Of a stretch of 64,000 nucleotides of DNA, positions 9,201 through 19,500 are shown in pieces. How positions within the stretch are numbered: the first letter of the stretch is position 1; every line of letters begins with the position of its first letter. The translations under genes and the position numbers were made by a program. The notes under the pieces were generated by a model, which worked only from the letters and a program-made list of their open reading frames with translations, was not told the origin of the DNA and did no database searches. Source of the DNA: a virus; IMG/VR virus record IMGVR_UViG_3300028025_004808, positions 6,179 through 70,178 of that record. One strand, given 5' to 3'.

Positions 9201-10127
9201 TCTTCTTCTTGCAGATTCAATATCGATAAATACGTCAGTGTCGTTGTCTCTAGGCGAATATGCAGCCTGAGCGCTCTTTGCAGACATTCTGCTGGGTGAG
9301 GTGCGACCTTGTGGTAAATATTGTGCAGCCTGTTCTTTGGACAGGTTCATTGCATAAGCATCAGCATCCTTTGGATTAGAAAACTTTCCTAGATGCTCTC
9401 CAGTCCTTTTATAGTGCTTCCACGCTTCTCTGTCGCTAACAATCTTTCCAGTACCATCTTGGTTTCTGATAACAGTAGGAATCAAAACTGTTAATTTGCC
9501 TTCAGTCATGCTGATTGAACGAACAGTACTGATTGAACCGTCTTTGTTTTTAACTACAGGTCGATTGTTTAGGTTTATGTTGCCTTTTACTACTTGCCCT
9601 TTAGGCGGTTTTTTATTAGTGTTTTTTGCTGGCACTCGTGTGTCATCAGGTCCGCCAGGGGTGGATGCAAAATAACCATCTCCGTCTCCATCTCTTTGCT
9701 TGCCTGAAGAACTTCCCGCCTGCTCTGAGCCTATAGTTTGTCCTAAACTCTTTGTAGAAACTCCTGAAGATGTTGAGGCACCATAAGTAATCGGCGGTAT
9801 TGAACCACCATTTACCAGGTTTACTGAATTCCTTGGGGACACAAGACCGCCATTGGGAAGTGAATCAACTCCAAAAACTCTTCTTTCGCGAAGTTTTTCC
9901 CAGCCGTCTCTTCTTTTTCTTCCCTTTTTCTTTCTTCTACCAGAGCGCTCTTTCATGTCGTCCAGCGTCATGCGAGATTTAACAGACTCAGGTTGAGTAA
10001 TTGTTAAGTATTGCTTAATTGACGAACACGGAATCCATTCGCCATGAGAGTTTTGGTGCGCGCCAAAGCATCCAATTTGCGCCGCTTGCTTAATTGCAAG
10101 CAGTTTGGATACAAACCCGTTTTCCAC
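6276..10127 (-). CDS. 1283-aa multidomain head-cargo protein: zeta-toxin-like P-loop kinase plus C-terminal HEXXH metallopeptidase
   Basis: Zeta family: GGTTGGGKST, HVDPDFIK, VHDES, R..R....GRKIP, WDNN. Zincin: TLRHEWFHYLD...SEYA....HELIAE. Also two DGDGDG motifs, a GNINLNNRP domain and two GCxG...PC motifs. Confidence 0.8.
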   Translation of the reverse strand: MENGFVSKLLAIKQAAQIGCFGAHQNSHGEWIPCSSIKQYLTITQPESVKSRMTLDDMKERSGRRKKKGRKRRDGWEKLRERRVFGVDSLPNGGLVSPRNSVNLVNGGSIPPITYGASTSSGVSTKSLGQTIGSEQAGSSSGKQRDGDGDGYFASTPGGPDDTRVPAKNTNKKPPKGQVVKGNINLNNRPVVKNKDGSISTVRSISMTEGKLTVLIPTVIRNQDGTGKIVSDREAWKHYKRTGEHLGKFSNPKDADAYAMNLSKEQAAQYLPQGRTSPSRMSAKSAQAAYSPRDNDTDVFIDIESARRRAQQLGCIGISRRVSKSGKTVWMPCTNLTDYNNLTGMTALGRNNQEKRTQKVVRTILSNELKKRKKSLVEEIIGKAIGPKISGVSRFSARTITQRFDPRAEDGDGDGLLQDGSAFERPNVPGVPKPQDVEKPISTLSVSSVGKWFDATTPKQREKLTGTPIENFGASSRSARGFASVSKPIKAEPIKIEGLENPDASETNPFRNLGGRKMGEIIRGLVKPSNKNKKQRTTYLVGGTTGGGKSTVLDEHLVVQGIVPSRNEAAHVDPDFIKLGLTGYNDGAGAPMVHDESLRSAQRTMDDARKEGMDLVATGAGSTRQRAIIAQARQNGDRVVAHWVHVPAEEASKRIKERQQRDGRKIPDQTGHFARSIPRMVSDAVSNGEVDEFYIWDNNVEQGKPPRLIASFKDGKLDILDQTKLDEFMNGNKLSPKPREGNTLSDGEREALKESDEFMGLASSSKPKKGGRYTPPQNKPQNKPSPIQPQPVTPGPVPPPGIPGAAVPPPGIPGALPPANPGAIGSSSPFGKTPGTGAKTSISEIEDIDKKIEARVVAFIAKLSDRLNKRQDGSPKNSLNYVIKKLAKVSSGMRYLPTEGIGRKEGPRRPLEIPNFSLKGQLDTPEGIRKVVNNFVPIKSQSETDDDFILRLFETIPALKYSIISDRENSEVYLKTLLKNAKYDPREQKNLRKVLEDELTNNEAFRQLVEEFGLPMFINGNGMTDGNPMEGVSAYHTPFGALIVVSKDHVKSGSHEAIGSTFENKKFDTVNQTLRHEWFHYLDALLMGSDQKTFETRVDTYLQGLTDLVQDPESVVRKIFEDKDMPKYLEEKVLSAVQQLVKKNNPGLSDAKVRKTAIDEITKQLQENREEFIKNLEPLIDELLFGDDMISEILRDRGGILDKIAQKYSEYARYGVHELIAEVGRMITSTPAERAAPNNNIAEIDESTIDLLEDLFPSMSRSQWLNIIRVAYPGIEIKVLRNR

Positions 10128-10132
10128 CGTAG

Positions 10133-10468
10133 TTAGAAAATTCCAGTTGGAAGGTCGCCGTCATCCATAGGGTCAGCATTTTCACGACCCTCTAATTTAA
10201 GAACTGCTTTTTGGGCTTCTTCTGGATTGTCGGCATATCTCTTCTGATACAAACGAGCCTCATCAAGGTCATCTGTCCACTTAGCGTCTACCGTAGAAAA
10301 CATGCGGTCGTAAGCATTTTCTTCTTTTGCATTTGCAAGAGCGAGTATTCTCTCTGTCTCTTTTTGAACATCTTTTTTAAATTCTTCTCTCTTTTTAAGA
10401 GAAGTAGTAAATGGTGGCCAATCAAGAATAAGTGAATACTCTTTGTGTTTTAGCATGAACTCTTCCAC
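10133..10468 (-). CDS. Hypothetical acidic protein (111 aa)
   Basis: Tightly packed between two giant ORFs on the same strand. Has a TVDAK|W segment. Confidence 0.65.
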   Translation of the reverse strand: MEEFMLKHKEYSLILDWPPFTTSLKKREEFKKDVQKETERILALANAKEENAYDRMFSTVDAKWTDDLDEARLYQKRYADNPEEAQKAVLKLEGRENADPMDDGDLPTGIF

Positions 10469-10470
10469 TA

Positions 10471-13400
10471 TTAACTCGCCTTCTGGGTTGCGTAGATTTC
10501 TTTCATTCTATCCGCAGTCATTGCTTCGTCAACAATGGCCAGTGCGCCTCTGTTGAACCATACTATTGGTGAGTTGCCTTCATGGTCTACGCCGTCATAT
10601 CCATAAATCATGGCTGCATAGTGTTCGTCTTTTGACGTAATTGACTCCATGTACTTGATTGCAGCCCATAATTCCTGCCTCATGGCTGGAGGTGCTGTTT
10701 CCATGTATTTAAAGAAGTTTGAAGCCAACTGTCCTGCTTCCGTAGACCAAAGTGGGTCTCCATCGGCAAGCGCTTTAGAAATTGCAGCCTTTAGTTCTTT
10801 GACCAAATCCTGGGGGTCAATGTCTTCTGCACTCTGAGTGCCTCCACCGATTCCACGAAGTGCTTTGTGTATTTCACCCCACATTTTTCCGTGCTCTGCT
10901 CGGAGTTTTCCTGCTTCTGAAATTGTCAAAACTCTTGAATCTGGGGAAATAAGAGCAAGCGTTCCCTGGTTGTAGGCAAGATATCCATCCCATCCAGTTC
11001 CTGGTCTAGACCAGTATTCTCCAGGACCATAAACAGCACCACCTTCACCAGTGATGAATCTTTCTGTGTCTTCAATGTAATCTTTAATCCATCCGATTGC
11101 ACCTGACTCATTGTCTGCTGGTGGTGGAGGGGTTCCGTGACCACGCTGAATTACCTTCCAGCCTTGACCAGCAAGGTATTCGGCGTCCGCTTCAGTAATC
11201 GGTGTAGCAAGAGCGTTGTACCCCTGAACAGTCCATACGTTTCCTAGTTCCTTACCAGCGTTCTGACCCTTTTGTTCTTGAAGTAGTTCAAGTGCTCTTG
11301 GGTCGTCTTTCCCTCTGAAAAGGACTGCAAGTTTTTGAATGCCCTTTTCGTCAACTGTTGGAACTCCGCCTTTTCCTGTTCCGAAAACTGTTGGGTTAGC
11401 GGTTCTGGTCTGGTCAATACTCTTATTGACATCAGCCTCGCTTGGTCCGCCCTTAAGCCTACGCTTGATTCTTCTTCCAGTTCTTGCAAGTGCTCGTCTG
11501 GCTCTTTCTCTTGCACCAGGTGCGCCTGGTCTTTCTTCACCAAGACGACGAACGGTACCTCTTTTTTGTCTGCGAAGTTCTCTCTTGCGACGAGCCGCTT
11601 CAGCATTATCAAAAATTCTGTCAGAGAAATCCTTAAGTTTGCTGCTCTTTTTTGCGCCAATCAATGAACGCTTTTTTCCTGCCTGTGCTTCTTCAAAACC
11701 TGTGAAGTAAGAAGATTCAGCATTAAGGTCAAGTTGCGGTTTTGTTTTAGGGTCATCAAAAGGACTTACGAATGGAGATTCTTCGCCCTTCTTTGGCTTT
11801 GATGAAATACCAGCAGAATGTGTTTTTCCAATTGCTGCTCTTCTTGATGTAGTGGTGAGATGTTCAACAAGACTCCAGTCGTCTCTTTCGGACATCGCAT
11901 CAAAAACCATCAAATCTTCTGCTGCGGAAGTAAACTCTAATTTTTCTTTTTGAAGTTTCTTTAATTGATTTTGCGCTGATTTAATTTGTTTGTCATCATC
12001 ACCTGGCGTAAGGGAAGATATTTGTTTTTCAAGAGTACTAATTTCACCATCAATTTGTCTTGTTATGCTGTCAACGAGTCTTCTGTATGAAGTAAGTGCT
12101 TCACCAGAAATTCTTGAATCTTTTGTTAATGGCTTCCCGTCAGCATCAGTCTTTGTAACGCCTCTGCCTTTTTGACCGACAAATGTTCCCCACCATGTTC
12201 CAGTACCAGTGTCGTCAGGAATTGCTTTAACCCATTCCTGAATTTGCTCATAACGCTTCTTGAGGTTTTCTTTAACAATTTCTTTTTGCTTGTCATCAAG
12301 GGTCTCGTGAAACTGACCGTCAGTGTCTTTCATCTTGTCAACACCAGGGCGGCGTCTAACAACCGCCTTGCCAGAGCGTGATGCAAAGCCTTCAACCTGA
12401 CGCTGAGTTCTGGCTTCAGAAACTCTTTTTGAAACACCACGAGCCTGTGCTGCTGGTTTTGCAGCATCAGCAGCCTGTTCAGGCTTTACTCTTCTTTGAC
12501 CACCAGGTTTGCGTGCTGCTGGCTTATTGTCTCCTGAGCCGCCTGCACGACGGGCAGCCCTACTTCCAGAAGAGCCTGAGTTTGCTCTATTGAGGTCTCT
12601 CCAGGCTCTAGTTGCTGCGCCTGTATCAACAGAGCCACCAGATGCACGGTCGTTTACGCCAGGTATTGCTGGTCGCTGGAATGGTGTTCCTTCTTGAACA
12701 ATGCCGTCGCCGTCGCCGTCCCAAGCCTTAGGGTCAAAGGACGCTGCTGCTGTACGACCTGCTCTTCTGGCAATTCTTGAACCTGAACCAATGCTTTCGC
12801 CTAGTCCTTTTTCGGAGATTCCGTTTTCAAGGCTCTTTGTTTCCAGTTCAGAAGCACTACCCATTTTTGTGCGCTCAATACCATTTGAGATAATGGCTGA
12901 TTTAAGACGCATTCCAATTCTTCTTTCAGAAGAACGACCAACCGCCGTATCAACACGCTGTCTTAAAGATTTGTTTTGCTCGCTATCAGGTGCTGCGTTA
13001 TACATCCACTTATCGAAGTTGAAAGCGTAATTGTTTGCTCTTGCTTCGTGAAGGAAACTTCCTTCTTTAATACTGCTGCGAACATGGAGGCATTTGTAGG
13101 AAACTGCTGCAGCATATTGATAAGCGGTAAAGTGACCAATAGGTGTGTCAACAACTGCTGGAACTCTTGATTCGGACTTAACTCTTACTGAACCAGCATG
13201 TCTGTATGCTTTTGATTTTACAAAATTAGATGCAGAACTCTCTCCGTAACCAAATGTTGTAATAAGAGATTTGATATCTGTGTCTGAAACGGTTTTAAAT
13301 GGTCCTTGAATTATTCCTGCTGGAATTTGTGACTCTTCAAGAGTCTTTGACTCAACAGAGTTTGCCCACTGTGCCCACTCTTTGCCTTGTCCGTCATAGC

Positions 13401-13488
13401 CGTAGTACTTGACGCCATATTCGTCTTGTACGGCAATAGCAAACTTCTCATTGCGTAGTGCGTCAAATAGAGTAGAAATTTGCTTCAT
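10471..13488 (-). CDS. 1005-aa head-cargo protein with C-terminal ADP-ribosyltransferase-like domain
   Basis: C-terminal IQRGHG...GEGGAVYGPGEYW...GYDGVD...IVWFNRGALAIV resembles ART-like tails of phage head-morphogenesis (MuF) proteins. Contains FDPKAWDGDGDGIVQEGTPFQRP. Confidence 0.65.
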   Translation of the reverse strand: MKQISTLFDALRNEKFAIAVQDEYGVKYYGYDGQGKEWAQWANSVESKTLEESQIPAGIIQGPFKTVSDTDIKSLITTFGYGESSASNFVKSKAYRHAGSVRVKSESRVPAVVDTPIGHFTAYQYAAAVSYKCLHVRSSIKEGSFLHEARANNYAFNFDKWMYNAAPDSEQNKSLRQRVDTAVGRSSERRIGMRLKSAIISNGIERTKMGSASELETKSLENGISEKGLGESIGSGSRIARRAGRTAAASFDPKAWDGDGDGIVQEGTPFQRPAIPGVNDRASGGSVDTGAATRAWRDLNRANSGSSGSRAARRAGGSGDNKPAARKPGGQRRVKPEQAADAAKPAAQARGVSKRVSEARTQRQVEGFASRSGKAVVRRRPGVDKMKDTDGQFHETLDDKQKEIVKENLKKRYEQIQEWVKAIPDDTGTGTWWGTFVGQKGRGVTKTDADGKPLTKDSRISGEALTSYRRLVDSITRQIDGEISTLEKQISSLTPGDDDKQIKSAQNQLKKLQKEKLEFTSAAEDLMVFDAMSERDDWSLVEHLTTTSRRAAIGKTHSAGISSKPKKGEESPFVSPFDDPKTKPQLDLNAESSYFTGFEEAQAGKKRSLIGAKKSSKLKDFSDRIFDNAEAARRKRELRRQKRGTVRRLGEERPGAPGARERARRALARTGRRIKRRLKGGPSEADVNKSIDQTRTANPTVFGTGKGGVPTVDEKGIQKLAVLFRGKDDPRALELLQEQKGQNAGKELGNVWTVQGYNALATPITEADAEYLAGQGWKVIQRGHGTPPPPADNESGAIGWIKDYIEDTERFITGEGGAVYGPGEYWSRPGTGWDGYLAYNQGTLALISPDSRVLTISEAGKLRAEHGKMWGEIHKALRGIGGGTQSAEDIDPQDLVKELKAAISKALADGDPLWSTEAGQLASNFFKYMETAPPAMRQELWAAIKYMESITSKDEHYAAMIYGYDGVDHEGNSPIVWFNRGALAIVDEAMTADRMKEIYATQKAS

Positions 13489-15488
13489 TTTTTTTCTCCG
13501 AAGATTTCAAGGAGTATGTTCTTACTGTTCTCATAATTGTTAATTCGTGTTTCAATAATTGTTGCAACAATGTCAAGATGGGCTTTTTCAGCGCCAGACA
13601 AGCGGCCGTCACTGTAAAGACGTGATTTTAATTGTGTGAAATTAAACTTCCTTGCTCTCAATAATAAAGCGTCAATTTCGCGCCTGAATGCAAGTTGTTG
13701 CTGTTTCTGCAGTTTTTGGAAATATTGACCGTATTTGTCATTTCCAGGAGAACTAAGGAAATCCTTGATTGTCATCTTTGTTCTCTCTGTAATTTTAATC
13801 TTGTCAAGGTCTGTAAGAGCAGAAGTAAAGTTGTTTGTCAGGACAGGGCGAACATTTTCGCCGTTGGATACTGGGACAATTGAGCCTGGGTCTCGCATTC
13901 TCTGGTCTGTAATCCAGTCAGAAACAAGTATTTTGGCAACGTCTTCAGGCTCATAGTCGGAAAAAGTCTTTCTTCTATCAACCTGATACCCACGAATAAT
14001 GTTGCCTGGGTCTTCTATTAGGTAGTCCCTCTTTGAGCCTGTACCAGAGAAGAATACGTCTGGTGACTCAAGGCCAATAAATTGCTGGAAATCAGAAGCG
14101 ACTCTTTGACCTATGTGCTCATTGTCTGCAGAAGATTTGTGCATGATGTATCTAGCGCCATTTGGACCAGTTACAACACTCCGCTTGGCATCAAGTTTCT
14201 GCAACTTGAATACATTGCTCTTTGAGATTGCTTGACCAAGAATTGATGGGTCAATCTCATTAAGACTCTTTCCAGCAGAAATTGCGCTTACTGCTTGGTC
14301 AAGGTCTGTTATCTGCTTGCCAACTTGTGACTCGCTGTCGTTTTCGCGGAGAGATTCGGCAAGTGGCTTTGCCTTCTTGCCCTTTCCAAACACCTCGTCT
14401 GCCCATCTTGGTAGTGAGCGACCGTTCTTAGAAACAACTTCATTTGGATTTTTAATATTGACGAAGTTTTCTGAATAACCGATTCCATCGCCAGTTTGAT
14501 TAACGACTTCTTTAAGACGAGCAGTTGGGTCATTTTGAACATCTATTTTTGCGGCAGAGTTAACTGTTCTACCTAGTTTTCTTCTTTCACCAACAGTGAG
14601 TGGTCTCTTTTTTTCAAGATTAATACTTGAGCCACCAGGAAGAACGTATGTCAATTTAGTTACTCCAGTATTGGACAAGAGACCTAATTCCTGTCCACCA
14701 ATCTCGTCAACGCTTTGAACGGAAAGAAGATATGTAGCACCTTCCATGTCTCTGTTGTCTGGAATTGCGCGCAAAACTTGCGCTGAAACTACTGGCTCAA
14801 GAACAAATCCGTCTTTTCTGACCATTCTTACGGCTGGTTTATCTGCTCTACCAATTTCAGATACAAGATTTTTTGCTGCCGCAGTCGCTGCTGGTCTGTT
14901 TTCGTTGCCAACCCTAGGAATCTGAGGTCTTCTAGAGTCAACAATGCTCTCGGGCATTGGCTCACCAGTGATGGCTCTTGAAGATGTCCTGCCAGGAGTA
15001 GCAACCCCTCTTGCGACTCTTCTAATTGCGCCGATTGCAAGACCTAAAGCCGAAGGAATATCAAAAAGTTTGGCTCCACATGTAGAGAACCTATTATCAG
15101 TAAATCTTCCGCCGTACTGGTAACCCTCAGGGCATCTTGATGTGCTGTCTCCACCTGGGCGTCTGCCAGGAATATTTGGCTTTCCTGGAGTAATACCTCT
15201 CCATCCAGCGGAGCGTATAGGGCTTCTTACGGCACCCATGTTTCCAGGAATTGCTACAGAAGCGCCTGCTCCCAATGCTTGACCTATTGTGCTGTGCGTT
15301 CCAATAAGACCAACTTTTATTCCATACTGTCTAGTTACCCCAGAGCGCTTTGACAGCGCTTTAAAATCAACGATGTTTTGGTCACCATTAAGACGTTTTT
15401 TGATAATAGAAACCACTTGTCGCGCACTTTTTGTGCCGACAAAAGAAATTCTTACCTTTACGTATTTTTCTTCTGGGATACTAAGCAT
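13485..15488 (-). CDS. 667-aa head-cargo protein with degenerate HipA/PI3K-like kinase domain
   Basis: EHIGQRVASDFQQFIGLESPDV...ILVSDWITDQRMRDPGSI...PVLTNN follows the kinase pattern E..AS.....LG...P / D.L....DR...N / IDN, with substitutions. Contains RCPEGYQYGGRFT motif. Confidence 0.55.
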   Translation of the reverse strand: MLSIPEEKYVKVRISFVGTKSARQVVSIIKKRLNGDQNIVDFKALSKRSGVTRQYGIKVGLIGTHSTIGQALGAGASVAIPGNMGAVRSPIRSAGWRGITPGKPNIPGRRPGGDSTSRCPEGYQYGGRFTDNRFSTCGAKLFDIPSALGLAIGAIRRVARGVATPGRTSSRAITGEPMPESIVDSRRPQIPRVGNENRPAATAAAKNLVSEIGRADKPAVRMVRKDGFVLEPVVSAQVLRAIPDNRDMEGATYLLSVQSVDEIGGQELGLLSNTGVTKLTYVLPGGSSINLEKKRPLTVGERRKLGRTVNSAAKIDVQNDPTARLKEVVNQTGDGIGYSENFVNIKNPNEVVSKNGRSLPRWADEVFGKGKKAKPLAESLRENDSESQVGKQITDLDQAVSAISAGKSLNEIDPSILGQAISKSNVFKLQKLDAKRSVVTGPNGARYIMHKSSADNEHIGQRVASDFQQFIGLESPDVFFSGTGSKRDYLIEDPGNIIRGYQVDRRKTFSDYEPEDVAKILVSDWITDQRMRDPGSIVPVSNGENVRPVLTNNFTSALTDLDKIKITERTKMTIKDFLSSPGNDKYGQYFQKLQKQQQLAFRREIDALLLRARKFNFTQLKSRLYSDGRLSGAEKAHLDIVATIIETRINNYENSKNILLEIFGEKK

Positions 15489-16108
15489 TAATCTTTTTCT
15501 GTTCCGTCGTAATCGACTTCCATTGTTCCATCTTCTGATTCGCCTTCTTGCGCCCAGTTTTTGGTATCTGAAAGTATTTTGTAAAAATCTTGTTCATCGG
15601 ATGCAAAAGTTTTTGCTACCAATGATGCGTATTTTTCATCATCTTCAGTGACTACATCATCATAAGCATCATCGTTCATTGATGCGGACTTGCCGTCTGG
15701 TTTTGCTATGTTCGCCATTCTTTTATCAAAATCTGCATCGGAAAACAATGAACCGTTAATTACATTTTTGATTTTTCTGCGACAGTTCTTCATTCCTGGG
15801 TGATGGCACCCTTCGTTTGGCCATAGACCAGTCGTCTCATGGTGCAGCCATGCACAGATGTTGTTCAATGGATACAGTTCTGGGTGGTCAGCAAGAATGA
15901 CTTTACATCTTCTGAAGCCACCAGGCTTTTTCATGATTGGGCGCCAGTAACGAAGGAGGCGCTCAAGGTTTCCTCTTCTTGGCCCACGACCCTTAAGTAC
16001 GTCGCCAGTAAATTTTTCCTGAGGAATTCCTATTATGGCGTCTTGCGGCGCTTTTTGTTCAAAGACAAAACCCTTGATTGTTCCCTTATATTCACCCCAT
16101 GTGGTCAT
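15488..16108 (-). CDS. Head-associated protein with Cys/His-rich domain
   Basis: GNLERLLRYW...PGGFRRC...LADH...ICAWLHHETTGLWP resembles a module I recall from actinophage head-maturation genes. Acidic C-terminus follows GK|S. Confidence 0.6.
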   Translation of the reverse strand: MTTWGEYKGTIKGFVFEQKAPQDAIIGIPQEKFTGDVLKGRGPRRGNLERLLRYWRPIMKKPGGFRRCKVILADHPELYPLNNICAWLHHETTGLWPNEGCHHPGMKNCRRKIKNVINGSLFSDADFDKRMANIAKPDGKSASMNDDAYDDVVTEDDEKYASLVAKTFASDEQDFYKILSDTKNWAQEGESEDGTMEVDYDGTEKD

Positions 16109-16545
16109 TTTGTCTCCATTTGGATTGGAAGGGTTTTCATTGTTTTTGCCCTAACTATTGATGTGTTTTGAGTTTCTAAAAGCGATTTAAATTCAGAAAT
16201 TCTGTAGTTGATGGATTTAGCCTTCATCTTTGATTTTAGAACATCAGAGACAATTTGAACACCAGATAACATATGCTCTGATATTTTCTGAGTTTTATTT
16301 ACAAAAACCCTGTTCCATCTATCTTCATCAGGTCCTTCTGGGTCTTCATTGTCCCACAGAAATTTATGAAAATTAGTTGATTTAATTGGCTTTAAAGTAT
16401 TTGACTTAGATGCCGTTTTCCAAAAGTTTACAACCTTTGAAGTTTCTCCATCAGACACAACGCCATCTGATTCTTTGTTTTTTGCGTCAATAATATAATA
16501 AAACTTTTTTTCTGAGTCTATTGTCCCAACAAATACGGCTTTCAT
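16105..16545 (-). CDS. Hypothetical protein (146 aa)
   Basis: ATGA overlaps at both ends. Several K|S sites near the C-terminus. Confidence 0.65.
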   Translation of the reverse strand: MKAVFVGTIDSEKKFYYIIDAKNKESDGVVSDGETSKVVNFWKTASKSNTLKPIKSTNFHKFLWDNEDPEGPDEDRWNRVFVNKTQKISEHMLSGVQIVSDVLKSKMKAKSINYRISEFKSLLETQNTSIVRAKTMKTLPIQMETK

Positions 16546-19500
16546 GATGCAACCTTTTCTGGCGTTTTGCTTGCTTTCTCTGGTGCAACTTTTTCTATTA
16601 TCCCACGTACTTCCATCTTTGCAAGCATTCTAAGAGCATCAATACCTGTTTTGGGATTTGGAGGAAGTGTCACCCATGTTCCTTCAGCCATTATGTCTAT
16701 TCCATTTTTGTTGGTAAAGATAACTTCTGGTATGCCGAAAGAAATTAATCTATCTCTTAACTCTATTGCTGATTCAACTTGCAATAAATAGGTCAGATAT
16801 TTAGGGTTATATCCTCCACCCAATAGGCCGCCCTTTTCAAAAAAGTCTTTGATTTCTGAATCTGTTTTCCCGCGTTTTTTTAATTCAGAAGAGATTCTGT
16901 TTTTTCCAGCAAATGGATGAGACTGAGATATTGGTTTCTTTTCTATCTCAAATATTGAAACCGGAATTTTAATATGCTCAATGTCGTTAAGGCTTATTTC
17001 TCCAACGAGGAATGCTTCAAAGTTTTCTTCGGTGTTCTTTTTTAAAACCTGAGAATAGTTTTTTTCAATCTTTGCTTGAAGTGCTGAAATTATTGAATCT
17101 TTTGCTTTTTCAATTCCGTTCATTGCGTCGCTAAAAATTGTCATAACAATTCTCTTTTGACTATCGTCAGTAAGCATTGAATATATTCCATTGGTTTCAT
17201 ATCCGTCAGAGCGGCCGTACCCAATACGGTTTGCATTTTCTGACCTGATGACAACCTCTATGCCTCTTCCATAATCGGAAAACTCTTCTGAACCAATTTT
17301 TGTACCAGAAGCATAAAGAGACTGTTCTACGGAATTTGTATAAAATTCATGGATTATTTCTACTGGTGTAAGCATAAATTCTGCAGAAGAATTTTCTCCA
17401 CCAATTATTTTGTCTCTATTTAATTTCATTGTTGACAACATCCTGCTATCAACATCAACATTTGCAATTCTTCCAGAAGTCAGAAAATCCTGTAAAGAAG
17501 CCTTTGACATAGAAATTCTTGTTCTTCTGTCAATTCCTCCAAATACTGAACCTGCTATCCCAATTAATGCAGAATATATTCCTTGCACACTATTTGTAAT
17601 TATGTAGTTATTTAGTTTTGTGTTGGATATAAACAGTTTTTTTTCTGCTTCTTCTTTTATTTCTTTAATTGCATCAGTCATCGCTTTTGTGAACAAATCG
17701 TAATATCTGTTAACTTCAACTTTTTCACCATTGACATAAACATAATTTTCGTTAAATAATGCATATCCCATTTCTTTAGCATCTTCAATTATTGTTTCCG
17801 CTTTTTCTAGCGTTATTTTTGAAATACCAGAATCTGCAGAATTTCTAGATGAAATTGTTTCATCACGTTTTGCTTTTTTATATTTGCTTGCAGTTGTAGA
17901 TAAAAGTTTTTTCACACCCTCATCGGTCGTCTTTTGCATAAACTTGACAAGGTTTTCTTCTGCTTTCTTCATGTATTCAATTGCAGAAGTTTGTTCAGTA
18001 ACTTCTGCTTCAACTACTCCATTTTTGTCAACATTAGTAATCTTCATTTTTCCTGGCGGAATCATAACTTCGCCAGACTTATCTACTTTTGCTTTTGAGC
18101 CAGCAGGGATAACTACCCTAACTTTGCTCTTTCTTTGATTTGCTTTAGCGTCGTTTTTGGGAACATTGTTTGCCCCAATGCCAGTTCCAAGTTCTTTAAT
18201 TTCAATATCAAAGAATCCAGACTTTTCATTCATTTCGGCAATTCTTTGTCTTATTTCAGCAATTCTTTTAGCAGATGCTCTCTTTAATTCCGATGACCTC
18301 TCTTGAAGAACTCCAGCCATACGCAAGGCGTTTTGTTTTGTTTCTTCGTCTGTGACTGCAACGCCGACTGTCTTCATTGCGTCAATGATTTCTTGAGGAA
18401 GTCCTTCTTTTGCAATGCGGTCAATACCGTATTGAGAAATTTTTCCAGCAACAGATTGTGTAATCCAGCCTTTTGCAACCATCATTTTTATTGCTGCTTC
18501 TGCAGCATCTCTGCTACCGCGTCTAGCAATTGGAATTATTGCTGCTGCAGGACCACCAATAGAGAAAGCAAGCGCCGCTTCTGCAGCCATATCAACGAGG
18601 TCTTCGTTCTCTGGGTCAAGACCTATTCTCTTCATTGTTTTTCTTGCTGCTTTAGAATTAAGCAATCTTCCAGCAATTCCTGCTGCTTTTCTAGAACGCG
18701 CTTCTGATGTGCTGGCGAATCCAATATTGTCTGGACTATCCATAACACGAAGTGTTTCAATCGTGTTGGTTTCAAAAAGTGAACCAATATCTTTAGAGTC
18801 AAGAATCATTTCTGTTTCAACAATTAAGTCATCACTGATTGTTGTTTTGTCAAGAATTCTTAAAACTGGAACAACGGTTTCTGTATCATCCAAGTTTGAA
18901 GAAGATGGAGGAGTTAATCCATATCTTTCATAAACTTGATTAAGAACAGTTCTGTCTCTAAGAGCAGCAGGTGACATACCTACAGTTGTGGGAAGTGGGG
19001 TATCTGTAAAAGCAGATGAAACTAAAGCAATTTCATCAGCAGAAAGTTTTGCATTTTGAGATGATGCAATGTTAGACACAGATGCCATTCCGCCTCGGTA
19101 TACGAATTCTGGTGGTGTCCACCTAATTGGCGGTGGAGGGAGTGGACCATTTTCTTGAATATGTTGATTTATGTCCCACAAGTCATTTAGTTGAGGAATA
19201 ACTGCTCTTTCAAGTTTATTTACAACAAATTTCCATTTTTCAACGGCTCTCTCCATCATTTCTAAATAAGCACGGCATGGTCCAATATCGTCATAATTTC
19301 CAACGTCTGCAGCAGCAACATCTGGAGGACATCCTGCTTCAAATTCTGCAATAGCGTTTGCAAGATTTGCATCTGCTTCAAAAAGTTTTTGTCTTAGTTT
19401 TTGAATTGATTCAACAAGTTTGCTGTTTTCTTCTTCACTTAAAACTTCGCCTCTTCTTAGTTTTTGAGCCAATTCTTCAATTTGCTCAATTGTTAGTGGA

